Positions 7,811 to 16,790 are shown, counted from the stretch's first letter. The stretch: 32,000 bases of DNA from Gemmata obscuriglobus (GCF_008065095.1 NZ_CP042911.1:5370001-5402000), one strand, 5' to 3'. The notes: a model not told the origin generated them from the sequence alone. Translations and numbers: made by a program.

Positions 7811-8947
7811 TTACACCGCCGCGAGAGCGGCCTTCAATTCCCGTAACAGCCTCTCGATGTCGTCGTGCGTGTTGTACCCGTGAACCGCAACGCGGAGCCG
7901 GCCGGTCGGGTTCATGACGTGAACGTTACCCGCGTGGAGCCGGGCGTTGATCTCGGCGGCCTTCGGGTGCTTGAACGCCAGAATCCCCGCGATGTGATCC
8001 GGCTCGTCCGGGGTGAGCACCTCGACGGGGAGCTTCCGTAGCTCGGTGAGGCAGTGGAGTACGAGCGGTCGCGCGTGCGCGTCGATGTTCGCCACACCCA
8101 CCCCGCGCAAGTACTCCAGGCCCGCCCGGACGGCGTAGAGGGCGGGGTAGTTCGGCATCCCGACCATGAAGCTCGCCGCGCCCGGCTTGCTCTTCACGGC
8201 CTCGAAACTGCCCGGCCCGAACGCGTCTTCGAGGTTGAACCACCCGCCGGCCGGCGCGGTCCACTCCTTCGCCCGGTCCTTCGGCACGCCAACCAGCCCG
8301 CCGCCGTGCGACGCCAGAATCCACTTGTGCGTGCTGCTGACGATGAGGTCGGCGCCGCGCAGGTCGAGCGGGATTCGCCCGATCGCCTGCGTCACGTCCA
8401 CCCCGAGCAGCGCGGGCGAGTGCTTCCGGACCGCTTCCACGATCGGCGGCAGCGCCACCGTGAACCCGTTGTAGAAGCTCACCAGCGACACGTTCACCAA
8501 CCGCGTTCTGGGACTCAGCAGCGGAATTAAGTCTTCTACGTGCAGGGCGCCGCTGCGGTGCTTCCAGAGGCGGAGGGTGGCCGGGCACGCGGGCTGGAGC
8601 CACGGCGTCGAACTGGCCGGAAAATCGAGGTCGGTGCAAATCACCTCGTCGCCCGGCTGGAGTTGCAGCGCGAGCGCGGCCAGGTTGTACGCCTCGGACG
8701 AGCACGAACAGATCCCGATCTCCGCGGCCGTCAGTCCCAAGAACTCGGCGGTGAGTGCCCGCGCCGCCTCCCACTGCGCGGCGTGGGGCACGCGGCCGTC
8801 CATGCCGAGTTGCTTGTCCCGAAAGTACTGCGCGAGCGCCTCGCCGACCGCCAGCGGGGGAACCCCTTCCGCCGCGGTGTTGAGGTAGGCACGGCCGTCG
8901 AGGGTCGGGAAGTCGCGGCGCCGGGATTCGCTGGTGAGCATGGTCAC
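7811..8947 (-). CDS. Class V aminotransferase / cysteine-desulfurase-like PLP enzyme
   Basis: YLNTAAEGVPP at the N-terminus, and SSTHKWILASHGGG containing the PLP lysine context. The length and layout are typical of class V fold proteins. The track start is GTG 8947, with ATG two codons later at 8941. Confidence 0.85.
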   Translation of the reverse strand: MTMLTSESRRRDFPTLDGRAYLNTAAEGVPPLAVGEALAQYFRDKQLGMDGRVPHAAQWEAARALTAEFLGLTAAEIGICSCSSEAYNLAALALQLQPGDEVICTDLDFPASSTPWLQPACPATLRLWKHRSGALHVEDLIPLLSPRTRLVNVSLVSFYNGFTVALPPIVEAVRKHSPALLGVDVTQAIGRIPLDLRGADLIVSSTHKWILASHGGGLVGVPKDRAKEWTAPAGGWFNLEDAFGPGSFEAVKSKPGAASFMVGMPNYPALYAVRAGLEYLRGVGVANIDAHARPLVLHCLTELRKLPVEVLTPDEPDHIAGILAFKHPKAAEINARLHAGNVHVMNPTGRLRVAVHGYNTHDDIERLLRELKAALAAV

Positions 8948-9093
8948 ACTTGGAAGAGGGGGACGGGGCGTTCACCTCACTGTATCGGTGCGGTACGGAT
9001 TTCACCGCCGACACTGCCCGGCAGCATAATGGCCGCAGCGGAATGAGTCGGTCGGTAGTGGCTTTTAGCCCATGCGGGGCTCGTGTTCACAAA

Positions 9094-9170
9094 GACAGGT
9101 TTTGACAGGATCAACAGGATATCGAATTGATCGGTCTTCATCCTGTTCATCCTGTCGATCCTGTCAAAAT
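9094..9170. repeat. Large imperfect palindrome built from ACAGGAT / ATCCTGT heptamers
   Basis: The arms 9100-9120 (TTTTGACAGGATCAACAGGAT) and 9149-9169 (ATCCTGTCGATCCTGTCAAAA) pair over 21 bp with 1 mismatch. A third ATCCTGT sits in the loop (9140-9146) and an ACAGGT at 9095-9100. It is intergenic, ~145 nt downstream of the dnaB stop. Confidence 0.75.
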
Positions 9171-9312
9171 GCTCTTGGCCTCTCCGTCTCGTGTGAGTGC
9201 CACATTGCCCTCGCCTCGAGTTGGCAACGCCCCCGAGCGAAGCTCATTCCGCCCCGCGTTCTCAAGAAGACGCGATTGAAATCACGCGCGCCGCGCGCCA
9301 CCCGGCACGGAC

Positions 9313-10695
9313 TTACATGCCGTCGCCCATGCCCACGTCGGCGATGTAGTTCTCGTAGCGGTTGTACTCCTTCCGCCACGTCAGCGTGACCTCGCCCGTC
9401 GGGCCGTTACGCTGCTTGGCGATGATGATTTCGAGGACGTTGTCGTCCGTCTGGCCGTCGAACTTCCCGGGGCGGTGCAGCATCCAGGCCGTGTCGGCGT
9501 CCTGCTCGATCGAGCCCGACTCGCGGAGGTCGGAGAGACGCGGCTTGTGGTCCTGGCGGTCTTCGGACGCCCGGTTCACCTGAGCCAGCGCGATCACCGG
9601 GATGTGCAGCTCGCGCGCGAGGAACTTGAGCCGGCGGCTGATCTGGGCGACCTGCTCCTGCCGCGGGTCGCGGCGGTTCTCCGGCTCGATGAGCTGGAGG
9701 TAGTCGATGACGATGAGCTTCAGCCCGCCCTCCTTTTCGTGCTTCTTCATGAGCCGCCGGGCGCTCGCCGCGATCTGAATCATGGTCCGGCTGGGGGTGT
9801 CGTCGATGTACAGCCGGCACTTGCGGAGGGTGTCGCCGGCGGCCATCAGCTTCTGGATGTCGTCGGAGTTCAGGAGCCCCTTACGCACCTTGTGGCTGTC
9901 CACGCGGGACTCGCAGCAGAGGAGCCGCTCGGCGAGTTCGATGCGGGCCATTTCCAGGCTGAAGAACAGCGCCACCGGCGGTTCCCCGGTTTCGTGCCCT
10001 TGTGTGATGACGTTTCGGACGAGGTTGAGTGCGAAGGCCGTTTTCCCGACGGAGGGCCGGGCGGCGATGATCACGAGTTCCGTTTTGTGTAAGCCCGCGG
10101 TCATGTTGTCGATGTCGACGTACCCGGTGGGCAGCCCGCTGATCGCGAGGTTGTCCTGGCCGATGCGCGAGTCGAGCCGGTCGAACGCCTCCTTCACGAC
10201 GGTCGAGAGCGCGGCGGTTTCGCCCACCATGCCCTGCTTCGCCACCTCCATGATCTTCCGCTCGGCCTGCGACACCAGTTCGTCGCCGGACTGGGTGCGG
10301 TCGTAGGCGTCGCGAAGGATCTCGTTGCTCGCGTGGATAAGCCCGCGAACCATCGCGGTGTCCTTCACCAGCTTGGCGTGGTACTCCGCGTTGGCCCCGG
10401 TGGGCACCGCCTCCCACAGGTCGACGAGGTACTCCTTCCCGCCGATGTCCTCGATCTGCTTGTTCTTGCGCAGCTTGTCGTACAGGATGACGAGGTCGAT
10501 GGGCTGGTTCTCGGTCGCCAGGTCGCTCATCGCCTGGTAGATCTTCTGGTGCGCGTCGAAGTAAAAGTTGTCTGCGATAATGTGCTGCTGAACGGTCGAC
10601 AGCGTGTCGGGGTCGCGTAGGATGCCCCCGAGCACGCCGCGCTCGGCGTCACGGTTCTGGGGCGGCAGGCGATCGGTCAGGGGGTCGCTCGACAT
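9313..10695 (-). CDS. dnaB: Replicative DNA helicase DnaB
   Basis: PPQNRDAERGVLGGIL N-terminal motif, Walker A ARPSVGKTAFALN, LIVIDYLQL, and the RELHIPVIALAQVNR / SDLRESGSIEQDAD blocks. 460 aa with no intein-sized insertion. Confidence 0.97.
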   Translation of the reverse strand: MSSDPLTDRLPPQNRDAERGVLGGILRDPDTLSTVQQHIIADNFYFDAHQKIYQAMSDLATENQPIDLVILYDKLRKNKQIEDIGGKEYLVDLWEAVPTGANAEYHAKLVKDTAMVRGLIHASNEILRDAYDRTQSGDELVSQAERKIMEVAKQGMVGETAALSTVVKEAFDRLDSRIGQDNLAISGLPTGYVDIDNMTAGLHKTELVIIAARPSVGKTAFALNLVRNVITQGHETGEPPVALFFSLEMARIELAERLLCCESRVDSHKVRKGLLNSDDIQKLMAAGDTLRKCRLYIDDTPSRTMIQIAASARRLMKKHEKEGGLKLIVIDYLQLIEPENRRDPRQEQVAQISRRLKFLARELHIPVIALAQVNRASEDRQDHKPRLSDLRESGSIEQDADTAWMLHRPGKFDGQTDDNVLEIIIAKQRNGPTGEVTLTWRKEYNRYENYIADVGMGDGM

Positions 10696-10827
10696 GGCTG
10701 ATTAGCTCACGACTTACGGCGCGCCGGGCCGAACTGAAAGCGCGCACACTATTTGGGGCCGGCGCTGTTTGATAGCCGTTCGCCGCGAGACGTGGAAGGG
10801 CATTTTGGGCGGAGGTGCGGGCCGGGC

Positions 10828-12077
10828 CAGGGCCTTTCCTTATTTCACCTTGCTTACACGAGGGAACGTGGCTATGTGGGGCGCCTTCTCGCAGCCAGGA
10901 AGGTACCCATGTCTCCTTGCACCCTGGTCGATGCCCTGGCGGCGGTTCCCGATCCCCGCAGCAAGCACGGCCTTATCCACCCACTCGCCCCCTTCCTCGG
11001 ACTCGTCGCCCTCGCCATGCTCATGGGGCGCACCAGCCTCAATGGCATCGCTCGCTTCGGGCGACAGCACGGACCCGCCCTCGCCCATGCCCTCGGCTTC
11101 CGACGCGGCAAGACCCCGGCCGTTTCCACGCTCTCCCGCACCCTGCGACGCTTCGACGCCGACCAACTGGAGCACGTCCTCTCGTACTGGATCGCCAGCC
11201 GCGTCGACCCGGCCGCCTTCACACACATCTCCATCGACGGCAAGACCCTTCGAGGCTCTCGCAACGGCGCGATCCCCGGTCAGCACCTGCTGGCCGCATA
11301 CGCCCCCACCGTCGGTGCCGTACTCGCCCAGGTCAAGGTCGATGCGAGCACCAACGAGCACAAGGCCGCCTTGACGCTCCTCGGCATTCTGCCGCTGCGA
11401 GGGAAGGTCGTGGTCGGCGACGCCATGTTCTGCCAGCGAGACCTGGCCGAGGAGGTGGTCGGGGCCGGCGGCGACTACGTGCTCACGGTGAAGGACAACC
11501 AACCCGGATTGGGGATCGACATCCGAGCCGGGTTCGCCTTCGAGACCGCCGCCCGATCGATCGCGGCGGCCACTTCCCCCTGGGGATCGGCCTCCGCCCG
11601 CCCCGAGCCGCATCGCCACGACCGTCGATAAGGGTCACGGCCGCATCGAGAAGCGGACGCTGCAAACGACCTCGATTCTGACGTGCTCGCCGACGTGGGC
11701 GGGGGTGAAGCAGGGCTTCCAGTTGACGCGTGAGCGGACGGTCCGAGGCCAAACGACGGTCGAAGTGCATTTCGGCATCACGAGCCTGTCGGCCGAGAAG
11801 GCGGATGCGGCCACACTCCTGAACCATGTGCGGACGCACTGGCGCATCGAGAACGAACTGCATTACGTGCGTGACGTGACACTGGGCGAGGACGCGTGTC
11901 GTGTGCGCATGGGGCACGCACCACAGGTGCTGGCGGCGCTGCGGAACGCCGTGGTGCACCTGTGGCGTGAGGTCAAGGCGGTGAGTTGCCCGGAGGCGAT
12001 CGAGCGGCTCCAGATGGACCCGGCAATGGCCAAGGGACTTATCGGAGTTACGTAGAGTGAATCAAGGAAAGGCCCTG
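10828..12077 (+). mobile_element. ISAs1-family insertion sequence, copy 1 (1250 bp)
   Basis: Terminal inverted repeats CAGGGCCTTTCCTTATTTCA (10828-10847) and TGAATCAAGGAAAGGCCCTG (12058-12077) match at 18/20. An exact 10-bp direct repeat CGGGCCGGGC flanks the element (10818-10827 and 12078-12087). The CAGGG termini agree with my recollection of this family. Confidence 0.85.
10909..12055 (+). pseudogene. ISAs1-family (H-repeat-associated type) transposase, split over two frames
   Basis: N-terminal/DDE part 10909-11631: VPDPRSKHGLIHPL, SIDGKTLRGS, STNEHKAA, VVGDAMFCQRD, GGDYVLTVKDNQPG. The C-terminal part is in the +1 frame, open from 11492 to 12055: TVDKGHGRIEKRTLQTT, HWRIENELHYVRDVTLGEDACRVR. 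There is one frame break somewhere in 11492-11631. Confidence 0.8.
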
Positions 12078-12088
12078 CGGGCCGGGCC

Positions 12089-13315
12089 CAGGGCCGTTCC
12101 TTATTTCATCTTGGCGCGAGCGGGTTTGTTGGGTCGCGGGCACTCCTTCGGCCCGAGGTGCTCGATGCCCGCGCGCGCTGGCAGTATGAGGAGTAGTCAA
12201 CGGTCCCCGACCCGCGCGGGTTGCAGGGCCGGATCCACCCGCGGCCGGCGGTCCTCGGGTTGGTCGCGTTGGCGGTACTGATGGGCCGCACGGGCCCCCA
12301 GGGGATCGCCCGGTTCAGGCGCCAGTACGGGACCCCTGGCTCACGCGCGCGGGTTCCGGAGGGACCCGACGCCGTCCGCGTCGACCCTGTCCCGGACCCT
12401 GCGGCGGATCGACCCGCAGCAACTGGAGGCGGCCCTGGGCCGGTGGATCGCGGGGCGCCTGGACGCGCCCGCGCGCATGTGGCCCTGGACGGCAAGTGCC
12501 TGCGCGGGAGCCGGGACGGGGACGGGCCAGCACCGGGTGGCCGCGTACGCCCGCACGCCGCGGCGGTGCTCGGCCAGATCCGGGTGGACGCCCAGACGAA
12601 CGAGCACCAGGCCGCCCTGGCGTTGCTCGGGATCGTCCCGGTGGGCGGCTCGGCTTTGACCGGGGATGCCACGCTCTGCCCGCGGGACGTGGCCGCGGCG
12701 GTGGTCGACGGCGGGGGCCATTACGTGCTCACGGCCAAGGACAACCAACCCGGCCTGGTGGCCGACATCGAGGCCGGGTTGGGGTTCGAGGACGCCGCCC
12801 GAGGGCTCGCGGCGGCCACGTCCCCCTGAGCCGGTCCCGACGCCCGAGCAACTGGGGCGCCCGGCCACGTCGGTGGACCCGGGGCACGGGCGGATCGAGA
12901 CGCGGACCGTGCGGGCCACCCCGCTGCTGACGTGCCACGATCGGTGGACCGGATTGAAGCACGGGTTCCGCATCACCCGCACCCGGACGGTCAAGGGTGT
13001 GACCACCGTGGAGGTGGTGCACGGGATCACCAGCCGGCCGGTCGAGCGGGCCGACGCGCGAGCACTTCTGGGCCTGGTGCGGTCCCATTGGCGCATCGAG
13101 AACCAACGCCACGACGTGCGCGATGTGACCCTGCGTGAGGATGAACCGAGGTGCCGCGCCGCAGGTGCTGGCCGCGCTCCGTAAGGCCGTGATCCACTTG
13201 TTACACACCGTCCCAGCCAACCGTTGTTCCGAAGCCATTGAGTGGCTCCGGATACACCCCGACCCTGCCCAACGGCTTATCGGGATCCCCCAACATGAAT
13301 AACGGAACGGCCCTG
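12089..13315 (+). mobile_element. ISAs1-family insertion sequence, copy 2 (older, degenerate)
   Basis: IRs CAGGGCCGTTCCTTATTTCA (12089-12108) and TGAATAACGGAACGGCCCTG (13296-13315) match at 17/20. I found no flanking direct repeat. It begins 11 nt after the end of copy 1. Confidence 0.8.
12139..13302 (+). pseudogene. ISAs1-family transposase remnant with several frame breaks and an early stop
   Basis: Homologous to copy 1 but with a lost start and an in-frame TAG near 12195. Frame changes near 12325 and 12475 (hand translation of the shifted frame gives TGPLAHARGFRRDPTPSASTLSRTLRRIDPQQLEAALGRWIAGRL). A stop follows AAATSP (12827-12829) and another shift lies near 13150. The recognisable blocks are LDGKCLRGS, QTNEHQAA, TGDATLCPRD, GGHYVLTAKDNQPG, VDPGHGRIETRTV and HWRIENQRHDVRDVTLRED. 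Confidence 0.8.
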
Positions 13316-13460
13316 GAACCTTAACAATACGCCAAGCCTGTAAAGCCTGAAAGACGTGCGGGTCAGAGCGGTGATTTGTTTCGAGCGTTCTGCAGTAACT
13401 GTTATGCGATAAGGCTGGGTCTGAAAATTCATCGGGCAGCATAAAGTCGCATAACTGTGT

Positions 13461-13475
13461 AGACAACGGTTGTCT
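13461..13475. promoter_or_regulatory. Palindrome AGACAAC-G-GTTGTCT upstream of the antiporter-MarR-flavoprotein genes (candidate MarR operator)
   Basis: 7-bp perfect arms around one central base, 41 nt upstream of ATG 13516, inside an unusually A/T-rich intergenic stretch. Assigning it to the MarR protein is inference only. Confidence 0.25.
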
Positions 13476-13515
13476 GAACAGGTATTATTCGGGAGATGTT
13501 CTGTCGGAGACCACG

Positions 13516-14943
13516 ATGTCCCAGGCCGACACGCTGCCCACAGCCCGACCCGCGCTGTGTTCCAGCATCGCAGGATACACGGCTCTACTTGTAATCGGGG
13601 TTGGTCTGGTCCTCCTCATCTGCCGTGCCGGTGCCGGACTCACCTCCGCAACCCCTGCCGCGGCCGCGCCCACGGCCTCAAAACCGGTGGACGTTGTGCT
13701 GCACGTCATGGCCACGCTGGTTGCCGTCATCCTGCTCGGAACGGTCCTCGGGCGCGCCTGCCGGTGGGTCGGTCAGCCGCCTGTGATCGGGGAAGTGGTC
13801 GCCGGGATCGCGCTCGGTCCGTCCCTACTCGGGACCGTCTGGCCCGAAGCAATGCACCTACTGATTCCCTCGGCGACCGCCGACCCGAACGGGCAGGTGC
13901 CGGCGGCGATCAAGGCCGTCGCAACGATCGGGGTCGTGTTGTACATGTTCCTCGTCGGCCTCGAACTCAACGCCGTGCGGTTGCGCGAGCAGGCCCGGTC
14001 CGCCGTGGCCGTTTCGCACGCGAGCATCGTAACCCCGTTCGTTCTCGGGTCTGCTCTGGCGCTAGCCTTGTACCGCCCTCTGGCCCCGAACGAAGTGCCG
14101 TTCACCAGTTTCGCACTTTTTATGGGCGTGGCGATGTCCATCACCGCCTTCCCGGTGCTCGCGCGCATCCTTACCGACCGCAAGATGGAGCGGACCGAAC
14201 TGGGTATCGTCGCGCTCGGGTGCGCGGCCGCGGACGACGTGACCGCATGGTGCCTGCTCGCGCTGATCGTCGGGATCGCGAAGTCCGAGATGACCGGGGT
14301 GGCCGCAGTCGCCGCCCAGGCCGTCGCGTTCATCGCTGTCATGCTGCTGCTGGTCCGGCCGCTCGCCGCCCGGCTGAGCGCGCGACTGGACGCGGCGCCC
14401 GGGCCGCTCCCGCCGCTAGTGGTGTCGGGCACGTTCCTTGCTGTCCTGGCGTCAGCAATGACTACCGAGGCGATCGGCATTCATGCCCTGTTCGGGGCGT
14501 TCCTGCTCGGCGCCGTCGTCCCGCACGACGGGCGGTTAGCCCGCGAGTTCGCCGCGAAGCTGCGGGACCCGGTCACGGTGCTTCTGCTCCCGGCGTTCTT
14601 CGCGTACACCGGGATGCGGACCCAAATCGGGCTGGTGAGTTCCAGCCAAGACTGGCTGTGGTGCGGGGCGATCGTCCTGGTGGCGACGGCCGGGAAGTTC
14701 GGCGGGGCGACGATCGCCGCCCGGCTAACCGGGCAGTCGTGGCGGGACGCCGCAGCCCTCGGCGCGCTGATGAACACCCGCGGGCTGATGGAACTGATCG
14801 TGCTGAACATCGGGCTGGACCTGGGGGTGATCAGCCCGACGCTGTTCGCCATGATGGTGATTATGGCCCTGGTCACTACCGCCATGACCAGCCCGGTCGT
14901 GAGCCGGCTCGTCCCGCAACCGTCGGGCGTGGCCGGGCACTGA
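13516..14943 (+). CDS. Cation:proton antiporter (CPA2 / Kef-type Na+/H+ exchanger family)
   Basis: GQPPVIGEVVAGIALGPSLLG signature near the N-terminus, and about a dozen hydrophobic segments over 475 aa. Confidence 0.85.
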   Translation: MSQADTLPTARPALCSSIAGYTALLVIGVGLVLLICRAGAGLTSATPAAAAPTASKPVDVVLHVMATLVAVILLGTVLGRACRWVGQPPVIGEVVAGIALGPSLLGTVWPEAMHLLIPSATADPNGQVPAAIKAVATIGVVLYMFLVGLELNAVRLREQARSAVAVSHASIVTPFVLGSALALALYRPLAPNEVPFTSFALFMGVAMSITAFPVLARILTDRKMERTELGIVALGCAAADDVTAWCLLALIVGIAKSEMTGVAAVAAQAVAFIAVMLLLVRPLAARLSARLDAAPGPLPPLVVSGTFLAVLASAMTTEAIGIHALFGAFLLGAVVPHDGRLAREFAAKLRDPVTVLLLPAFFAYTGMRTQIGLVSSSQDWLWCGAIVLVATAGKFGGATIAARLTGQSWRDAAALGALMNTRGLMELIVLNIGLDLGVISPTLFAMMVIMALVTTAMTSPVVSRLVPQPSGVAGH

Positions 14944-14969
14944 CGCACCTTACCCGCGGGAGGCACCGC

Positions 14970-15440
14970 ATGGCCGCGCTCCAGCGCCGGTTCGACTCGC
15001 CCGAGCAGGAGGCGTTCCTCGGCCTGTGGCGGACGTTCGACCGCCTCCGCGCGCTGGAGGACGAACTGTTCGCCCGGTACGAGTTGACGCCCCAGCAGTA
15101 CAACGCGCTGCGGCTGTTGCGGGCCACTCAGCCGGGCACGCTCCGGACGCTCGATCTAGCCGCCCGGCTCGTGTCCCGCGCCCCGGACGTGACCCGCATG
15201 CTCGACAAGCTGGCGGATCGCAAGCTGGTCGACCGCCAGCGGTCGGAGGCGAACCGGCGCGAGGTTCACGTTTCCATCGCCCCGGCGGGCGTCGCGCTCC
15301 TCGACGAACTCCAAGAGCCGCTGCGCGAGTGCCACTCCCGGCAGCTCGGTCATTTGAGCCGCGAGCAGCTCCGCGACCTGACCGCGCTGCTCCGGGCCGC
15401 CCGACTGCCCCACGAAGACGCCGACAGCAGTTGGCGATGA
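14970..15440 (+). CDS. MarR-family transcriptional regulator
   Basis: ATG 14970 (MAALQRRFDSPEQEAFLGLWRTF...). The winged-helix region is LTPQQYNALRLLRATQPGTLRTLDLAARLVSRAPDVTRMLDKLADRKLVDRQRSEANRREVHVSI. It is the only credible part of the 656-aa track ORF 13470..15440. Confidence 0.85.
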   Translation: MAALQRRFDSPEQEAFLGLWRTFDRLRALEDELFARYELTPQQYNALRLLRATQPGTLRTLDLAARLVSRAPDVTRMLDKLADRKLVDRQRSEANRREVHVSIAPAGVALLDELQEPLRECHSRQLGHLSREQLRDLTALLRAARLPHEDADSSWR

Positions 15441-15476
15441 TTCCCTCACACTCTTGTAACCCGAGCGGAGTTCCCC

Positions 15477-16790
15477 ATGAGTACCGATAGCAGCGTCGAT
15501 GTTGCCGTGATCGGCGGCGGACCGGCCGGCAGCACCGTCTCAACCCTCCTCGCCCAGCGGGGCGCCAAGGTCCGGCTGTTCGAGCGGGACCAGTTCCCGC
15601 GGTTCCACATCGGCGAGTCGCTGATCCCCGAAACGTACGATGTGCTCAAGCGGCTGAACATGCTGCCCAAGATGAAGGCCAGCGGGTTCGTCAAGAAGTA
15701 CAGCGTCCAGTTCGTGAACGCCCAGGGGAAGATGTCCGCGCCGTTCTACTTCGACGAGAACAAGCCGGGCGAGCGGTCACAGACGTGGCAGGTGGTGCGC
15801 AGCGAGTTCGACACCATGATGCTCGACAACGCGCGCAAGCACGGGGTCGACGTCCGTCAGCCGGCCCGCGTGCTGGAGGTGCTGTTCGAGGGCGACCGCG
15901 CCGTCGGCGTGAAGGTACAAAAGGAGGGCGGCGGGTCCGAAGAGGTGCGGGCGAAGGTGGTGGTGGACGCCAGCGGCCAGAGCACCATGCTCCAGAACAA
16001 GTTCAAGCTGCGGCTGTGGGACCCGGTGCTTAACAAGGGGGCGATCTGGACCTACTGGGAGGGCGCGTACCGCGACGCCGGCAAGGACGAGGGCGCGACG
16101 GTCGTGATCCAGACCCCGAACAAGCAGGGGTGGTGGTGGTACATTCCGCAGCACGACAACACGGTGAGCATCGGGGTGGTGGCCCCGTTCGACTACCTGT
16201 TCAAGGGCCGTGGGAGCCACGAGCAGGTGTTCAACGAGGAGAAGGACGCCTGCCCCGAGGTCACCAAGCGGCTCTCCACGGGCCAGCGCCGCGGCGGCTA
16301 CTACGCGACCAAGGACTACTCGTACCGGTCGTCGCAGGTGGCGGGGGAAGGCTGGGCGCTCATCGGGGACGCGTTCGGGTTCCTCGACCCCCTGTACTCC
16401 TCCGGCGTGCTGCTGGCGCTGAAGTCGGGGGAACTGGCCGCGGACGCGATCGCCGACGGGCTGGCCTCGGGGGACACCTCGGCGGCGCAGTTGGGCCGTT
16501 GGGGCGACGTGTTCAACAAGGGCGTGGACCGGATGCGCCGGCTGGTGTGTGAGTACTACGACGGGTTCAGCTTCGGCCAGTTCGTGAAGGCCTACCCACA
16601 CCTCAAGGGGAAGGTGACCGACCTGCTCATCGGCGACCTGTTCGACGACCACGTGGACGAGGTGTGGGGTCCGCTGGAGTCTCTCTACCCGCCGGACAAG
16701 AAGGCCATCCCGACCTGGAAGGACGGCACCCCGCCCGACGAGGTCAACAAGGTCAACGAGCTGTACCTCCCGGCCAACCCGATGCGGTAG
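15477..16790 (+). CDS. FAD-dependent oxidoreductase with flavin-dependent-halogenase-like motifs
   Basis: GxGxxG (VIGGGPAGS), FPRFHIGESLIP, and W-x-W-x-I-P (GWWWYIP). The size is 437 aa. Confidence 0.8.
   Translation: MSTDSSVDVAVIGGGPAGSTVSTLLAQRGAKVRLFERDQFPRFHIGESLIPETYDVLKRLNMLPKMKASGFVKKYSVQFVNAQGKMSAPFYFDENKPGERSQTWQVVRSEFDTMMLDNARKHGVDVRQPARVLEVLFEGDRAVGVKVQKEGGGSEEVRAKVVVDASGQSTMLQNKFKLRLWDPVLNKGAIWTYWEGAYRDAGKDEGATVVIQTPNKQGWWWYIPQHDNTVSIGVVAPFDYLFKGRGSHEQVFNEEKDACPEVTKRLSTGQRRGGYYATKDYSYRSSQVAGEGWALIGDAFGFLDPLYSSGVLLALKSGELAADAIADGLASGDTSAAQLGRWGDVFNKGVDRMRRLVCEYYDGFSFGQFVKAYPHLKGKVTDLLIGDLFDDHVDEVWGPLESLYPPDKKAIPTWKDGTPPDEVNKVNELYLPANPMR

Noticed and set aside
9094-9170. Possible CRISPR array, suggested by the repeated heptamers
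   Set aside because: The units are 7 nt with 2-4-nt spacers and are arranged as an inverted repeat. There are no 25-40-nt repeats or unique spacers anywhere in the window.
13470-14969. N-terminal 500 aa of the 656-aa track ORF 13470..15440
   Set aside because: It overlaps the well-supported antiporter gene in another frame and is extremely R/G/P-rich. Only the last 156 aa (the MarR protein from ATG 14970) are credible.
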